The position numbers and the translations under genes are program-made. The notes beneath the pieces are model-generated. The model worked only from the letters and a program-made list of their open reading frames with translations, did not search any database and was not told where the DNA came from. Below are positions 18,469 through 28,011 of a stretch of 64,000 nucleotides of DNA, piece by piece; position 1 is the first letter of the stretch, and every line of letters begins with the position of its first letter. Origin of the DNA: an uncultured Desulfospira sp. (GTDB lineage Bacteria; Desulfobacterota; Desulfobacteria; Desulfobacterales; Desulfobacteraceae); the NCBI GenBank assembly GCA_963663165.1, contig OY760175.1:1568001-1632000 (forward strand), in the 5' to 3' direction.

Positions 18469-20093
18469 ATGCTAATCCTGTTGTATTGATCGGCGCTTTG
18501 GCTTATTTTCTAGTCATTTTCTACATTGGGTGGACCTCAAGAAAAGCCTCCCTTGACGCATCTGATTTTTATGTGGCAGGCAGAAAGGTTGGGCCGTTTG
18601 TCAACGGCAGCGCCCTGGCAGCCACCTATTTCAGCCCGGCCAGTTTCCTTGGGCTTCCCGCATTTATCTTTCTGCTGGGCTACCCCTTCTGGTGGGCACT
18701 GGTCGGCATCATCGGCGGCATGCCCATTGCCACGCTGTTAACGGCAGCCCCGTTAAGAAAGTATGAGCCCACATCCTTTACCGATTATTATGCAGACCGG
18801 TATGAGACCAAATGGATGCGCCTTTGGGCAGCCATCCCCACCGTTATCGGCGGGTTTGCCTACGTTATCCTGTCCATCGTGGGTACGGCATTGTTCCTGT
18901 TGTGTATCCTGAAACTGAACTTTACCATTTCCGTTATCCTGGCGTCCATCATCGTATTTGCCTATGTTTACTACGGCGGCATGGTGGCCACCACCTTTTC
19001 AACGGCCTTCCAGGGCATTGCCATGACCGTGGCTTCCCTTGTTGCGGCGGTATACGTTCTGGGCCATTACGGCGGATTCAACGGCCTGACCGATGCGGTT
19101 CTGTCCAACAGCGCCAATTTCTTTAACATGCCCTATGTCGCTGAAAAGGCATCCCATCCGTTGATGGCGACCTGGACCGGGGTTGTGGGCTTCTTTTTTG
19201 TATGGCATTTCGGGTTCTCCGCCATGCCGTACACAGTTGTCCGCTTCTTCACCTCCCAGGATATCAAATCCGCCCGCCGGAGCGTGTTCTGGGCCGTATT
19301 GATCGGCGGCGCCATGTATGCCGGCCTGATCATCATCGGTACCGGCACCAAGGTTCTGATCGAACAATTGCATCCCCTTATGCAGACCAACGGCATTGAC
19401 AGCGCCATCGGGTTGTTAAAGCACATGAAAACCGCTTACGGCGTTGCCGGTGCATCGGTTACGGATTACTCCATGATTGCTGCCATGGAAGCCCTGAACA
19501 GCCCCTTCCTGCTGGCAGTCATCGCTGCCGGCGGTCTGGCCATTGCCATGGCTACCGCAGCCGGCTGGACCATGGTGTTGAACATCGTTCTTGGCAGGGA
19601 CCTGATCGGCAAGGTCTTCGGATCTTCCTGGCCTGAAGAAAAACCGGTTCAGTGTACCCGGTACATGACCATCTTCACCATCCTGGTCTGCGGCCTGCTG
19701 TCCTTTAAGCCGCCGGCACTGGTTCTGGATATCTCCGGTGCGGCATTTACCGTTATCCTGTGTTCCGTAGGTCCCCCACTGATCTTAGGTCTCTGGTGGG
19801 AACGGGGCACCACCATCGCGGCTACTTTGAATATCCTTGTCATGACCGTATGTTCGGCCGGATCATGGATGTATGCCAAATATACCCTGGGCAGCTACCA
19901 CTGGTTCTTCTTAAGTGACCCTGCCAATAAACTGTCCACTCCCCATCAGTTTTACTGGGTATTTATCGGGTTTTTCTTTTACATCGCCATCAGCCTGATC
20001 ACACCCAAGAACAGTGAAGAGGCCATCCAGAAATATGTACGGAATTTAAGGCCGAGACAGGCCGGATCTGATCAGGTTCGAACCACTGAATAA
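18465..20093 (+). CDS. Sodium:solute symporter (ActP-like carboxylate permease)
   Basis: DFYVAGRKVG, NGSALAATYFSPASFLG, GGMVATT, VVRFFT...ARRS; many TM helices. Confidence 0.85.
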   Translation: MNANPVVLIGALAYFLVIFYIGWTSRKASLDASDFYVAGRKVGPFVNGSALAATYFSPASFLGLPAFIFLLGYPFWWALVGIIGGMPIATLLTAAPLRKYEPTSFTDYYADRYETKWMRLWAAIPTVIGGFAYVILSIVGTALFLLCILKLNFTISVILASIIVFAYVYYGGMVATTFSTAFQGIAMTVASLVAAVYVLGHYGGFNGLTDAVLSNSANFFNMPYVAEKASHPLMATWTGVVGFFFVWHFGFSAMPYTVVRFFTSQDIKSARRSVFWAVLIGGAMYAGLIIIGTGTKVLIEQLHPLMQTNGIDSAIGLLKHMKTAYGVAGASVTDYSMIAAMEALNSPFLLAVIAAGGLAIAMATAAGWTMVLNIVLGRDLIGKVFGSSWPEEKPVQCTRYMTIFTILVCGLLSFKPPALVLDISGAAFTVILCSVGPPLILGLWWERGTTIAATLNILVMTVCSAGSWMYAKYTLGSYHWFFLSDPANKLSTPHQFYWVFIGFFFYIAISLITPKNSEEAIQKYVRNLRPRQAGSDQVRTTE

Positions 20094-20332
20094 CGGCCAC
20101 GGGCAGCCTTGGTTATCCAACCAAGAACCGCCCCACAACAAATAATGAAAGTCTTCTCAAGAGGTTAGTGAGACTTTCATATAAAACACCATGGGCAGGC
20201 CTTTAACTTAGGGTTAAGGCCTGCCCTATCCCCAAAAATGAAAACCCCCGAACACACCCGGCCGGTTCTTTCATTTACCATATTTATACGGCTCAACCCA
20301 TTATCAACATTCACAACAGGGAGAAACAAGAC

Positions 20333-22012
20333 GTGAATACGCCCAATATTGACATAGGCAATACCACTATCAGTGATCTGATCGACACCCTGGCCAAAGA
20401 TTTCGGCGATGATAAAGCCCTGGTCTATAACCGCTTTGGCATCGACTATAATTTCAGGGAATTCAAACAAATTTGTGAAGATGTTGCCAAAGGCCTGATC
20501 GGACTTGGCATCCAAAAAGACGAAAAAGTCGCCATCTGGGCCAACAACGTGCCCGAATGGGTTTGCTTCCAGTATGGCAGTGCCAAAACCGGTGCGGTCA
20601 TGGTCACGGTAAACACCAACTATAGAAGCTTTGAACTTGAATATCTGTTGCAGCAGTCTGATTCCACCACCCTGGTCATGATCGGCGGTGTCAGGGAAAA
20701 AGACGAATACATCAATGTCATCAAAGAGTTAATCCCGGATCTGGACACCACAGAACCCGGACAGATAAAATCGGACAAACTGCCCTTTTTCAAACGGATC
20801 GTTTTTATCGGCGAAGATACCCTCAAAGGGGCTTACAGCTGGAATGACATGATTGAGGCCGGCAAATCCGTTTCCGATGAAGACCTTGCGGCCAGAATCG
20901 CCACACTTAAACCCGATGACGTGGTCAACATGCAGTACACTTCCGGCACCACCGGATTCCCCAAAGGGGTAATGCTCACCCATACCAACCTGATCGGAAA
21001 TGCCAAAAGCATGGCCGAATGCATGCGGCTTTCCACCAAGGACACCATGTGCATCCCGGTACCCTTCTTCCACTGCTTTGGCTGTGTTATCGGCACCCTT
21101 TGCTGTATGGTGTCGGCCACCACCATGGCCCCGGTTGTGGCATTTACCGCCAAGGATGTCATGGAAACCATTGACCGGGAAAAATGCTCGGTCATCCTCG
21201 GGGTTCCCACCATGTTTATCGCGGAACTTGAAGAGATGGGCAATAAATCTTATGACACCTCTCATCTGCGGACCGGTGTCATGGCCGGCTCCCCCTGCCC
21301 CATTGAGGTCATGAAGGCCGTGGTGGACAAAATGGGCGCCTCGGAAATGACCATTGTCTACGGCCAGACCGAAACCTCTCCGGGCATCACCCAGACCCGG
21401 GTGGACGACTCCCTTGAACTGCGGGTCACCACCGTGGGCCGGGCCCTGCCGGGCGTTGAGGTTAAAATCGTCGATGATATCACGGGTGAAGATGTGCCCC
21501 CGGGGGTCCAGGGAGAGCTTTGCTCCAGGGGCTATAATACCATGAAGGGGTATTATAAAAACGAAGAAGCCACCAAGAAAACCATTGATAAGGACAACTG
21601 GCTGCATACCGGGGACCTGGCCATCATGGACGAGGACGGCAACTGCAAGATCACCGGAAGAATCAAGGATATGATTATCCGCGGCGGTGAGAATATCTAT
21701 CCCCGGGAGATTGAGGAATTCCTTTACACCAACGAAAAGATCAGGGATGTCCAGGTGGTGGGCGTGGCCAGCAAAAAATACGGCGAAGAAGTGGCGGCGT
21801 TTATCCAGCTGAAACCCGGCACCTCAGCAACAGAAGAAGAGTTCAAAGAATTCTGTACCGGCAAGATTGCCTTCCACAAAATTCCGAAATTCTTCCTGTT
21901 TGTGGATGAATATCCCACCACGGCCAGCGGCAAGATCCAGAAATATAAACTCAGGGAAACCGCTGTTCAGATGCTTGAAAGGGAGGAGGACGCCAAGATC
22001 AAAACCGCATAG
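20333..22012 (+). CDS. AMP-dependent acyl-CoA synthetase
   Basis: YTSGTTGFPKG, YGQTETSP, WLHTGDLA, GRIKDMIIRGGENIYP, SGKIQK. Confidence 0.92.
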   Translation: MNTPNIDIGNTTISDLIDTLAKDFGDDKALVYNRFGIDYNFREFKQICEDVAKGLIGLGIQKDEKVAIWANNVPEWVCFQYGSAKTGAVMVTVNTNYRSFELEYLLQQSDSTTLVMIGGVREKDEYINVIKELIPDLDTTEPGQIKSDKLPFFKRIVFIGEDTLKGAYSWNDMIEAGKSVSDEDLAARIATLKPDDVVNMQYTSGTTGFPKGVMLTHTNLIGNAKSMAECMRLSTKDTMCIPVPFFHCFGCVIGTLCCMVSATTMAPVVAFTAKDVMETIDREKCSVILGVPTMFIAELEEMGNKSYDTSHLRTGVMAGSPCPIEVMKAVVDKMGASEMTIVYGQTETSPGITQTRVDDSLELRVTTVGRALPGVEVKIVDDITGEDVPPGVQGELCSRGYNTMKGYYKNEEATKKTIDKDNWLHTGDLAIMDEDGNCKITGRIKDMIIRGGENIYPREIEEFLYTNEKIRDVQVVGVASKKYGEEVAAFIQLKPGTSATEEEFKEFCTGKIAFHKIPKFFLFVDEYPTTASGKIQKYKLRETAVQMLEREEDAKIKTA

Positions 22013-22050
22013 TCAGTATTTGATAAGGCAATAGCTTAAAACAAATCATC

Positions 22051-22090
22051 ACAGGAAAGGCAGGCTTTAAACAGCCTGCCTTTCCTGTTT
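22051..22090 (+). terminator. Rho-independent terminator
   Basis: acaggaaaggcaggct...agcctgcctttcctgttt. Confidence 0.8.
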
Positions 22091-22117
22091 ACAAATCTGT
22101 CGATTCCCGAATTAACC

Positions 22118-22204
22118 TTCCGGCCTGCGGTCTTACGGTTTCCGGTCTCCCTTTTTCCGGTCTCCTTCTTCCTTTTTCCGGTCTCCTTCTTCTTCCGGTC
22201 TCCG
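22118..22204. repeat. Family C heptamer-like tract
   Basis: Repeated tccggtctcc units interleaved with pyrimidine runs. Confidence 0.7.
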
Positions 22205-22206
22205 TT

Positions 22207-23109
22207 TTATTTTATTGGTTTTCTGGCAAAGGACTCCGGTGCTGCAAACAGATTGGAATCCAGGGCAGCGGTCTCAAGCACCTTGGTCAACACCGTGGTC
22301 TCCTCTTTAAGGACCTTGTCGATTCTTTTGGCCGGTTTATCCTCATAATTCTGGACATAGGCACCCTCTAAACGGAACTGGCTTTTAACGGCATACCCGT
22401 CAATTTTTGAAAGGTCAGTTTCAATATCGGCAAGATCCTGGGGAAAATAACTGAGCAGATCGCCTAAAAGCCCGAGCCGGTAACGGTCCACCCCGGTTTT
22501 ATTAGAAAGATCCTTATTAAATTTCATGACCAGGTCGTATCCGTCAACCTCGGTGGTCAGCCACAGAGACTGAGTAATTTGGGTCAGGCTTTTGGCATTT
22601 TTCTTTTTGTCAAAGGTTTCAAGGTTGAGATGAACATCCACCCGCCGGGTTGAATATCCGTTTACGGTTTCCGGCTCATCATGAAATTCAAAGGATATCC
22701 GGGGAGGGGAGACCTCATACCGGTCTTTTAAAAATTCTTCGCGCTCCTTGGCTAACGGGTTTCGTTTATTATACCATTGCGGGTCAGAGATCTGGTCAAT
22801 GGGATACACATAGACATACCGGTTTTCCCAGTCCACCTCGGACACATAATTGCCCTTTAAATCAAATTCGCTGGTCTCTCTAACGGTTTTCACCTTGCCG
22901 AAAAACCGTTTTAACAGGCTGCCCTGGTACCGGGTTTCCTTGTCCATGTATTTGGCCGCATCCGTATAGCCCACCTGCATCAGGGCGCTGGTTTCGCCGA
23001 GCATCCAGTCATGGCTCTGGATTTTGTGGGTAAACAGCACATCAGCGGCCGCAGCCGGCCCCATCCACATCAAAAGGAACATTCCCAGGGTGATCAATCG
23101 AAATCCCAT
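22207..23109 (-). CDS. Exported hypothetical protein (DUF4412/GLPGLI-like fold possible)
   Basis: Signal peptide (..PAAAA), ETVNGY, LWLTTEV, C-terminal LFAAPESF. Confidence 0.6.
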   Translation of the reverse strand: MGFRLITLGMFLLMWMGPAAAADVLFTHKIQSHDWMLGETSALMQVGYTDAAKYMDKETRYQGSLLKRFFGKVKTVRETSEFDLKGNYVSEVDWENRYVYVYPIDQISDPQWYNKRNPLAKEREEFLKDRYEVSPPRISFEFHDEPETVNGYSTRRVDVHLNLETFDKKKNAKSLTQITQSLWLTTEVDGYDLVMKFNKDLSNKTGVDRYRLGLLGDLLSYFPQDLADIETDLSKIDGYAVKSQFRLEGAYVQNYEDKPAKRIDKVLKEETTVLTKVLETAALDSNLFAAPESFARKPIK

Positions 23110-23111
23110 GC

Positions 23112-23348
23112 TTACACCCCGATAATTTTTTCATGGATAAACACCCCGGCAAACATGGTTGCCAAAGGGATGGCAATGCCGAATACAGACCCCCACAGGA
23201 CACTTCCCGAAGGATCAAACCCGTAGGGCTTGGTAAAATACAACACAAAATTAATGCCCACACCCGCAAAAAAGTAAATGTGATACCATTTTCTCCGGTT
23301 CAGATGCCAAGATTCAATTTTTTCCTGCCGGGTCTTTTGTTCTGCCAT
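23112..23348 (-). CDS. Small two-TM membrane protein
   Basis: 78 aa, RBS AAAGGGGA, 2 bp upstream of the next gene. Confidence 0.65.
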   Translation of the reverse strand: MAEQKTRQEKIESWHLNRRKWYHIYFFAGVGINFVLYFTKPYGFDPSGSVLWGSVFGIAIPLATMFAGVFIHEKIIGV

Positions 23349-23370
23349 TTTGTCCCCTTTCGTTGTTGGT

Positions 23371-23487
23371 TAAGCTTTTAGCTATTAGCCTTTAGCTGTT
23401 AGCCATTAGCTATGAGCTGTCAGCTATGAGCTGTTAGTTATGAGCTGATGACTAATCCAACAGCTAACGGCTAAAAGCTAACAGCTA
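23371..23487. repeat. Heptamer repeat hairpin, family A (TTAGCTG/CAGCTAA)
   Basis: About 11 forward units, then 4 inverted units. Confidence 0.85.
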
Positions 23488-23491
23488 TTCA

Positions 23492-24691
23492 TCATATACA
23501 TACCGGAAAACTCTGGGCCATCCGTTTTCTCACACGGTTTTTGACGGCAATTTCATTCACATCAATTTTAAGATCTTCAAGGCAGCGATCCATGGAGCCC
23601 TTGTCATCAATCACTTCAGGGTGGGCGCTGATCATGTCAAAAAACCCTTTCACCACCTTGGGGTCAAATTGGATATTCACACCTTTTTTAAGGCCTTCAA
23701 TGGCCTGGTCAATGCTCATTTTCGGCATCTGCCCCCGCCCGGACAACATGGTTTCAAATGCATCGCACACGGACAATATCCTTGCCCCGAGCGGAATGTT
23801 ATCCCCCTTAAGCCCGGCGGGATAGCCGCTCCCGTCATACCGCTCATGATGGCAAAGAATCAGCGGGGCCAGGTTGTTTAAAAATGGCAGGGGTTTGATA
23901 ATCCGGGCACCGATTTCAGGGTGCTTTTTGACCCGGTCCATCTCCTTGGCCGTAAGTCCGCCCAGTTTCTGCAAAATATAATCATCCATGCCGATTTTAC
24001 CGATATCGTGCAGCAGGCCGGCATGGTAAATCTCACTGACCTGTTCAGCCACAAGCCCCATTTGCCGGGCTGTTTTTCGGGCAAAATCCGCCACCCTGAC
24101 CGAATGGCCGTGGGTATCCTCATCCTTGGCTTCCAGGGCCAGGGCAAACCCTTCGACGATTCTTCGAAGGGTTTCAAGCATTTTTTCGTCATAGGACAGG
24201 GTCCGCTGCAGGGCAATGGCCCCCTGCTCTCCCAGGGCACGGACCAGCTGCTGTTCATGCGGTTCAATTTTCTTGTAACTGCCAAAATAGTAAATTGCCA
24301 GAATTCCCGAATAATTGCCGGTAATATGGAAAACAAATCCATGGATAGACCCCACCAGCCGCTTGCCCAACCGTTCAAGGTCGGGGAGGCGGTCATCTTC
24401 CCGGGCATTTTCCACCACCACCATGTCGTCCCCTGCCCCGGGATCAAATACCCTAACCAGGCTGTCGTAATCCACCAGTTCCAGGCTCCGGTAAGAAAAC
24501 CCATGGGAAATTTTGGTTTCAATCTGCCGGGTGCCGGTATCCACAATCCAGAATATACAGCCTTTGGCATCCAGAATTTCAGTGATATGGCTGACAATCC
24601 CTTCCAAAACATCTTTGGTGCTTTCCCCGGAATGGATGGCCTTGCTGACCTGGGAAAAAACCTTGAAATACCTTGAATACTCATCCGTCAT
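23492..24691 (-). CDS. GAF + HD-GYP cyclic-di-nucleotide phosphodiesterase
   Basis: N-terminal GAF; THGHSVRV, LLHDIGKI, HHERYDGSGYP, VCDAFE, QFDP. Confidence 0.9.
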   Translation of the reverse strand: MTDEYSRYFKVFSQVSKAIHSGESTKDVLEGIVSHITEILDAKGCIFWIVDTGTRQIETKISHGFSYRSLELVDYDSLVRVFDPGAGDDMVVVENAREDDRLPDLERLGKRLVGSIHGFVFHITGNYSGILAIYYFGSYKKIEPHEQQLVRALGEQGAIALQRTLSYDEKMLETLRRIVEGFALALEAKDEDTHGHSVRVADFARKTARQMGLVAEQVSEIYHAGLLHDIGKIGMDDYILQKLGGLTAKEMDRVKKHPEIGARIIKPLPFLNNLAPLILCHHERYDGSGYPAGLKGDNIPLGARILSVCDAFETMLSGRGQMPKMSIDQAIEGLKKGVNIQFDPKVVKGFFDMISAHPEVIDDKGSMDRCLEDLKIDVNEIAVKNRVRKRMAQSFPVCI

Positions 24692-24734
24692 TGGGGTGCC
24701 TGTCCTTGTCTCAATAATAATCTTAACATCCCCG

Positions 24735-25790
24735 TTATGAAAAAAAGTTCAGCGGAATCTGGGTAAACCGGTTCCGGATCATCTTTTGCATATGGGATGC
24801 GGACATAAAGGCATTCCTTAGAAGCCTCTGATCGTCCGGGGTTAATGTTGAGGGGTCAATGCAGTTGTCAGGGGCAAGGTCTTGTCTGATTTTTGAAAGG
24901 TTGGTCTGGATTCGAAGCCTTGCAAAGACCTCAAAGGCCGTAGAAAAAAAACCGGCCTGTTTTTTGGAGAATACCCCGAGGCCGGTCAGCTGTTTGATCC
25001 GCCCGAGGGTAGAGGTTTCGGTGATCCGGTTGTTGACGGCAAACATCCGTGAGCCGTTAACCATATGAACAATACCGGTTTTTAAATTCACCTGGTTTTT
25101 GCGGGGCCCGTCTTTGTTGGTCTGGATTCTGCCCACAAGGTCAATGGGGATCTGGAAGCGCAGATCTTCCTGGGTCAGCATATGGTTGATTTTTTCAGGG
25201 GATTCAAATGCCTTGAAGATGCTGTCCCAAAGTTTTTGGGCCAAATAATTTTGGCCCCATACGGGCCTGAAATCCAGCAGAATGGTCATGGTAATGCAGT
25301 CCTCAGGGTCAAGGGAGCGGGACCATTGCTCAATATACCGGGACCATTGGGAAATAGACCGCCGCCATTTGGGGTTGACGGCCATGACATTGCCGGTGCA
25401 TAAATCAAACCCGCACCGGTCAAGCCCGTGAACCACCATATGGGCAAACTGTTGAAACCATTCATCCACCACCTCAGGATCCTGGCCATTGGGATCATCA
25501 TAGATCAGCCCATTGTCCTGGTCGGTCCGCAGGGCCTGTTCGTGGCGGGCGTCACTGCCCATGTTGATCCAGCAATAGTCAACCGGCGGCCCCCCAAGCC
25601 CCTGCTCAATCATCTGTTGTTCACACAGGCAGATCATGTCCTGGTTCAGGCGGTCATGCAGGCCGGACATGGTTTCGAGAATTGCAGGCAAAGGGGTTCC
25701 GTCAGCCATCAGCGATTCAAGGGTTGTGTCCATGTCGCCGGCGGCCAAAACCAGTTCATCAACGGTTTTGAACGGCCCGGTACGCTGCAT
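24735..25790 (-). CDS. DUF294 nucleotidyltransferase-like protein (no CBS/cNMP domains)
   Basis: MGSDARHEQALRTDQDNGL, LCTGNVMAVNPKWR, LDFRPVWG, TLGRI. Confidence 0.85.
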   Translation of the reverse strand: MQRTGPFKTVDELVLAAGDMDTTLESLMADGTPLPAILETMSGLHDRLNQDMICLCEQQMIEQGLGGPPVDYCWINMGSDARHEQALRTDQDNGLIYDDPNGQDPEVVDEWFQQFAHMVVHGLDRCGFDLCTGNVMAVNPKWRRSISQWSRYIEQWSRSLDPEDCITMTILLDFRPVWGQNYLAQKLWDSIFKAFESPEKINHMLTQEDLRFQIPIDLVGRIQTNKDGPRKNQVNLKTGIVHMVNGSRMFAVNNRITETSTLGRIKQLTGLGVFSKKQAGFFSTAFEVFARLRIQTNLSKIRQDLAPDNCIDPSTLTPDDQRLLRNAFMSASHMQKMIRNRFTQIPLNFFS

Positions 25791-26025
25791 ACTTATCTTC
25801 CGTAATTAATGATTCACCATAACGTGAAGGTAAATTTTTAGCAACGGATTTTACGAGGCAAATCAGAGCAAACACCTGTAACTTGCCTACAATTTAAACT
25901 CATCGAATGCCATTTCAGTGCGCAGCACTGAAACTCTGTGTTTCTCTGTGCTACTCAGCTCCAAAAGCTTAAAATTTTATTAAGATTATTCTGGGAGAAA
26001 TAATACGGTTACTCTCCAAAATAAT

Positions 26026-26121
26026 GGACTTGGGACTTGGGATATGGGACTTGGGGATTGCAGTATCCACGGCCTAACCAAGTCCCATATCCCATATCCC
26101 AAGTCCCCATTTTATACATTA
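26026..26121. repeat. Heptamer repeat hairpin element, family B (GGGACTT/AAGTCCC)
   Basis: gggacttgggatatgggacttgggg-loop-ccaagtcccatatcccatatcccaagtcccc-ttttatacatta. Confidence 0.85.
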
Positions 26122-26400
26122 TTAAATTTACCAGCAAGGAACACATATTGGGGTTGCGGCTTTGCCGCGCTGTGCTTCTCTGTGGTTAAATGAAAAGCGT
26201 GGGCGAAGCCCACAGCTTTAACAAACTGACGTGTTGGATAAAAACAATTCCATCCCTTCGGGATTTCTTGTTTAAAACCACAGAGCCCACAGAGGTTTGG
26301 CTTACGCCAAACACCACAGAGAGGGCATGCCCTATACAAAAGCCGATGGAGCCGGACCTTAAAATCATATATGTTTATGACAATCGCCGAAAAATGCTTT

Positions 26401-27144
26401 TTACATGCGTTTTCCCTGTATGGCGGATTGGATTTCAGCCGCCACCTGTTGTGCCGCCCCGGCCGGGTCAGCCGCATCCCTTATGGGACGGCCGATCACC
26501 AGAAGATCGCTGCCTGCAGCAATGGCCATGGCCGGTGTGGTCACCCGTTTTTGATCGTCGTTTTCAAGCAGGCTCCATTGGGGCCGTATCCCTGGTGTAA
26601 CCGTCAAAAAATCCGGGCCAAAGGCCTGCTTTATCCCGCCGGCTTCCTTTCCTGAGCAGACCACGCCCCGGCAGCCGGCTTTGGCCGCCATACCGGCCCT
26701 GAGCATGACCAGCTTTAAGGGGTCTTCCACAAATTCAGGTTTGAATCCGCCCTGTTCCACACAAAGGGAATCATTGTCCGTCAGCAGGGTCACCCCCAGC
26801 ACACCGGTCTTTCCCTGGCCGCCCTTGACCGCCTTTTCAAGCATCTGGACCGAAGAACTGCAATGAACGGTCACCAGATCAACACCAAGGCCGGCGGCCC
26901 GTTCCATGGCCCGTTCCACCGTAGCGGAAATATCATGTAGTTTTAAATCCAGAAAAATACCGGCCCGGCTCAACTCCCGGACCCTGGCCACCACCGAAGG
27001 CCCCTGGTCGATAAACAATTCCAGACCGATTTTGAACATCCCCACATGGCCGGTAAGAACCCGGACCAGGTCCTCGGCTTCTTTGAGGGTAGCCACATCC
27101 AAAGGAAATACAATATACTGCTCGGCAGTTTTATTTTTGTCCAT
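26401..27144 (-). CDS. pyrF: Orotidine-5'-phosphate decarboxylase
   Basis: KIGLEL, FLDLKLHDI, VTPGIRP, DDQKR, VIGRPI. Confidence 0.95.
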   Translation of the reverse strand: MDKNKTAEQYIVFPLDVATLKEAEDLVRVLTGHVGMFKIGLELFIDQGPSVVARVRELSRAGIFLDLKLHDISATVERAMERAAGLGVDLVTVHCSSSVQMLEKAVKGGQGKTGVLGVTLLTDNDSLCVEQGGFKPEFVEDPLKLVMLRAGMAAKAGCRGVVCSGKEAGGIKQAFGPDFLTVTPGIRPQWSLLENDDQKRVTTPAMAIAAGSDLLVIGRPIRDAADPAGAAQQVAAEIQSAIQGKRM

Positions 27145-27154
27145 ATTCTATTTA

Positions 27155-27832
27155 TTAAGCTCTGGAAACTTCCCGGTTACAATGCTTGCAAACCGTGGCC
27201 CGTTTTTTGATAATCTCGGCACAATAAGGGCATTCCCGGGTAAAGTGGCGTTCATGAAGCTGTTCAATGGCCTTGGCCACCCCTTCCTGAAGCTTTGGGG
27301 TGGGGAATTTATGGTTGATCAGGTGTTCTACCGCCTCGGACCCCCCAAGTTCTCCCACCATTTCAACGGCCTTGAGCCTGGCCCTGGCCGGAATCCCGGC
27401 GTCAAGGGCGATTTTTAAGATCTCATCCCAGTCTTTTGATAAATAATAGTCCGTTAAAATAGAAAAGGTCCTCTTGGTCAGTTCTTTTTTAGCCTCCTCC
27501 CGGATCAGGACCTCATCATCGAGCTTGCTGCCGGTGGCACCAACCGGGCTGAATACGGGCATGTATTCAAAATTGGCCTGGCCGGGCTCATTGATGCAGC
27601 GGTAAGAGGCCGGGGCCTCCATGGTATCCAGCAGGTGTTCCCACCCCTGTTTGTATGAGGGGCAGTCATCGTTAAAGCAGACAAACAGATAGGGGGTTCC
27701 CCACCCGAGACCGTCGGAAAAATTAACAGGCGGAACCTCCCACAGGCTCATCTCCTTCTCGCAGTGGGGGCATCGGGGCTTATCCATTTTCAGATATCGT
27801 TCAAGAAGTTCTTCTTTTGTTTCAAAGGCCAT
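27155..27832 (-). CDS. Double zinc-ribbon / HEAT-like hypothetical protein
   Basis: CPHC...CFNDDC at the N-terminus, CPYC...CKHC at the C-terminus. ATG at 27832 follows RBS AGGAGA. Confidence 0.7.
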   Translation of the reverse strand: MAFETKEELLERYLKMDKPRCPHCEKEMSLWEVPPVNFSDGLGWGTPYLFVCFNDDCPSYKQGWEHLLDTMEAPASYRCINEPGQANFEYMPVFSPVGATGSKLDDEVLIREEAKKELTKRTFSILTDYYLSKDWDEILKIALDAGIPARARLKAVEMVGELGGSEAVEHLINHKFPTPKLQEGVAKAIEQLHERHFTRECPYCAEIIKKRATVCKHCNREVSRA

Positions 27833-27892
27833 TCTATTGATCTCCTGTAATGTTGTTTGGCCCCCAAAGTTAAGCATGCCGCCCGATATGTC

Positions 27893-28011
27893 AAACTGGC
27901 AAGACACAAGAAACTGGAAACAAGAAACAAGGATTCCAAGAGCAGCGGTTCCGGCAAAATCCGGTGAAGGACTCCGGCCCTTGGACCTTCATCCTTCATC
28001 CCTCATCCTTG
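27893..28011. repeat. Heptamer tracts, families D (AAACAAG) and E (CCTTCAT)
   Basis: caagacacaagaaactggaaacaagaaacaag and ccttcatccttcatccctcatcctt. Confidence 0.6.

Noticed and set aside
23371..23487. Tandem repeat arrays as a possible CRISPR
   Set aside because: Units are 7 bp and contiguous with no unique spacers; no cas genes in the window.
26112..26600. ORFs of 121 and 136 aa downstream of pyrF
   Set aside because: They overlap pyrF and repeat-derived DNA; no RBS or protein motif support.
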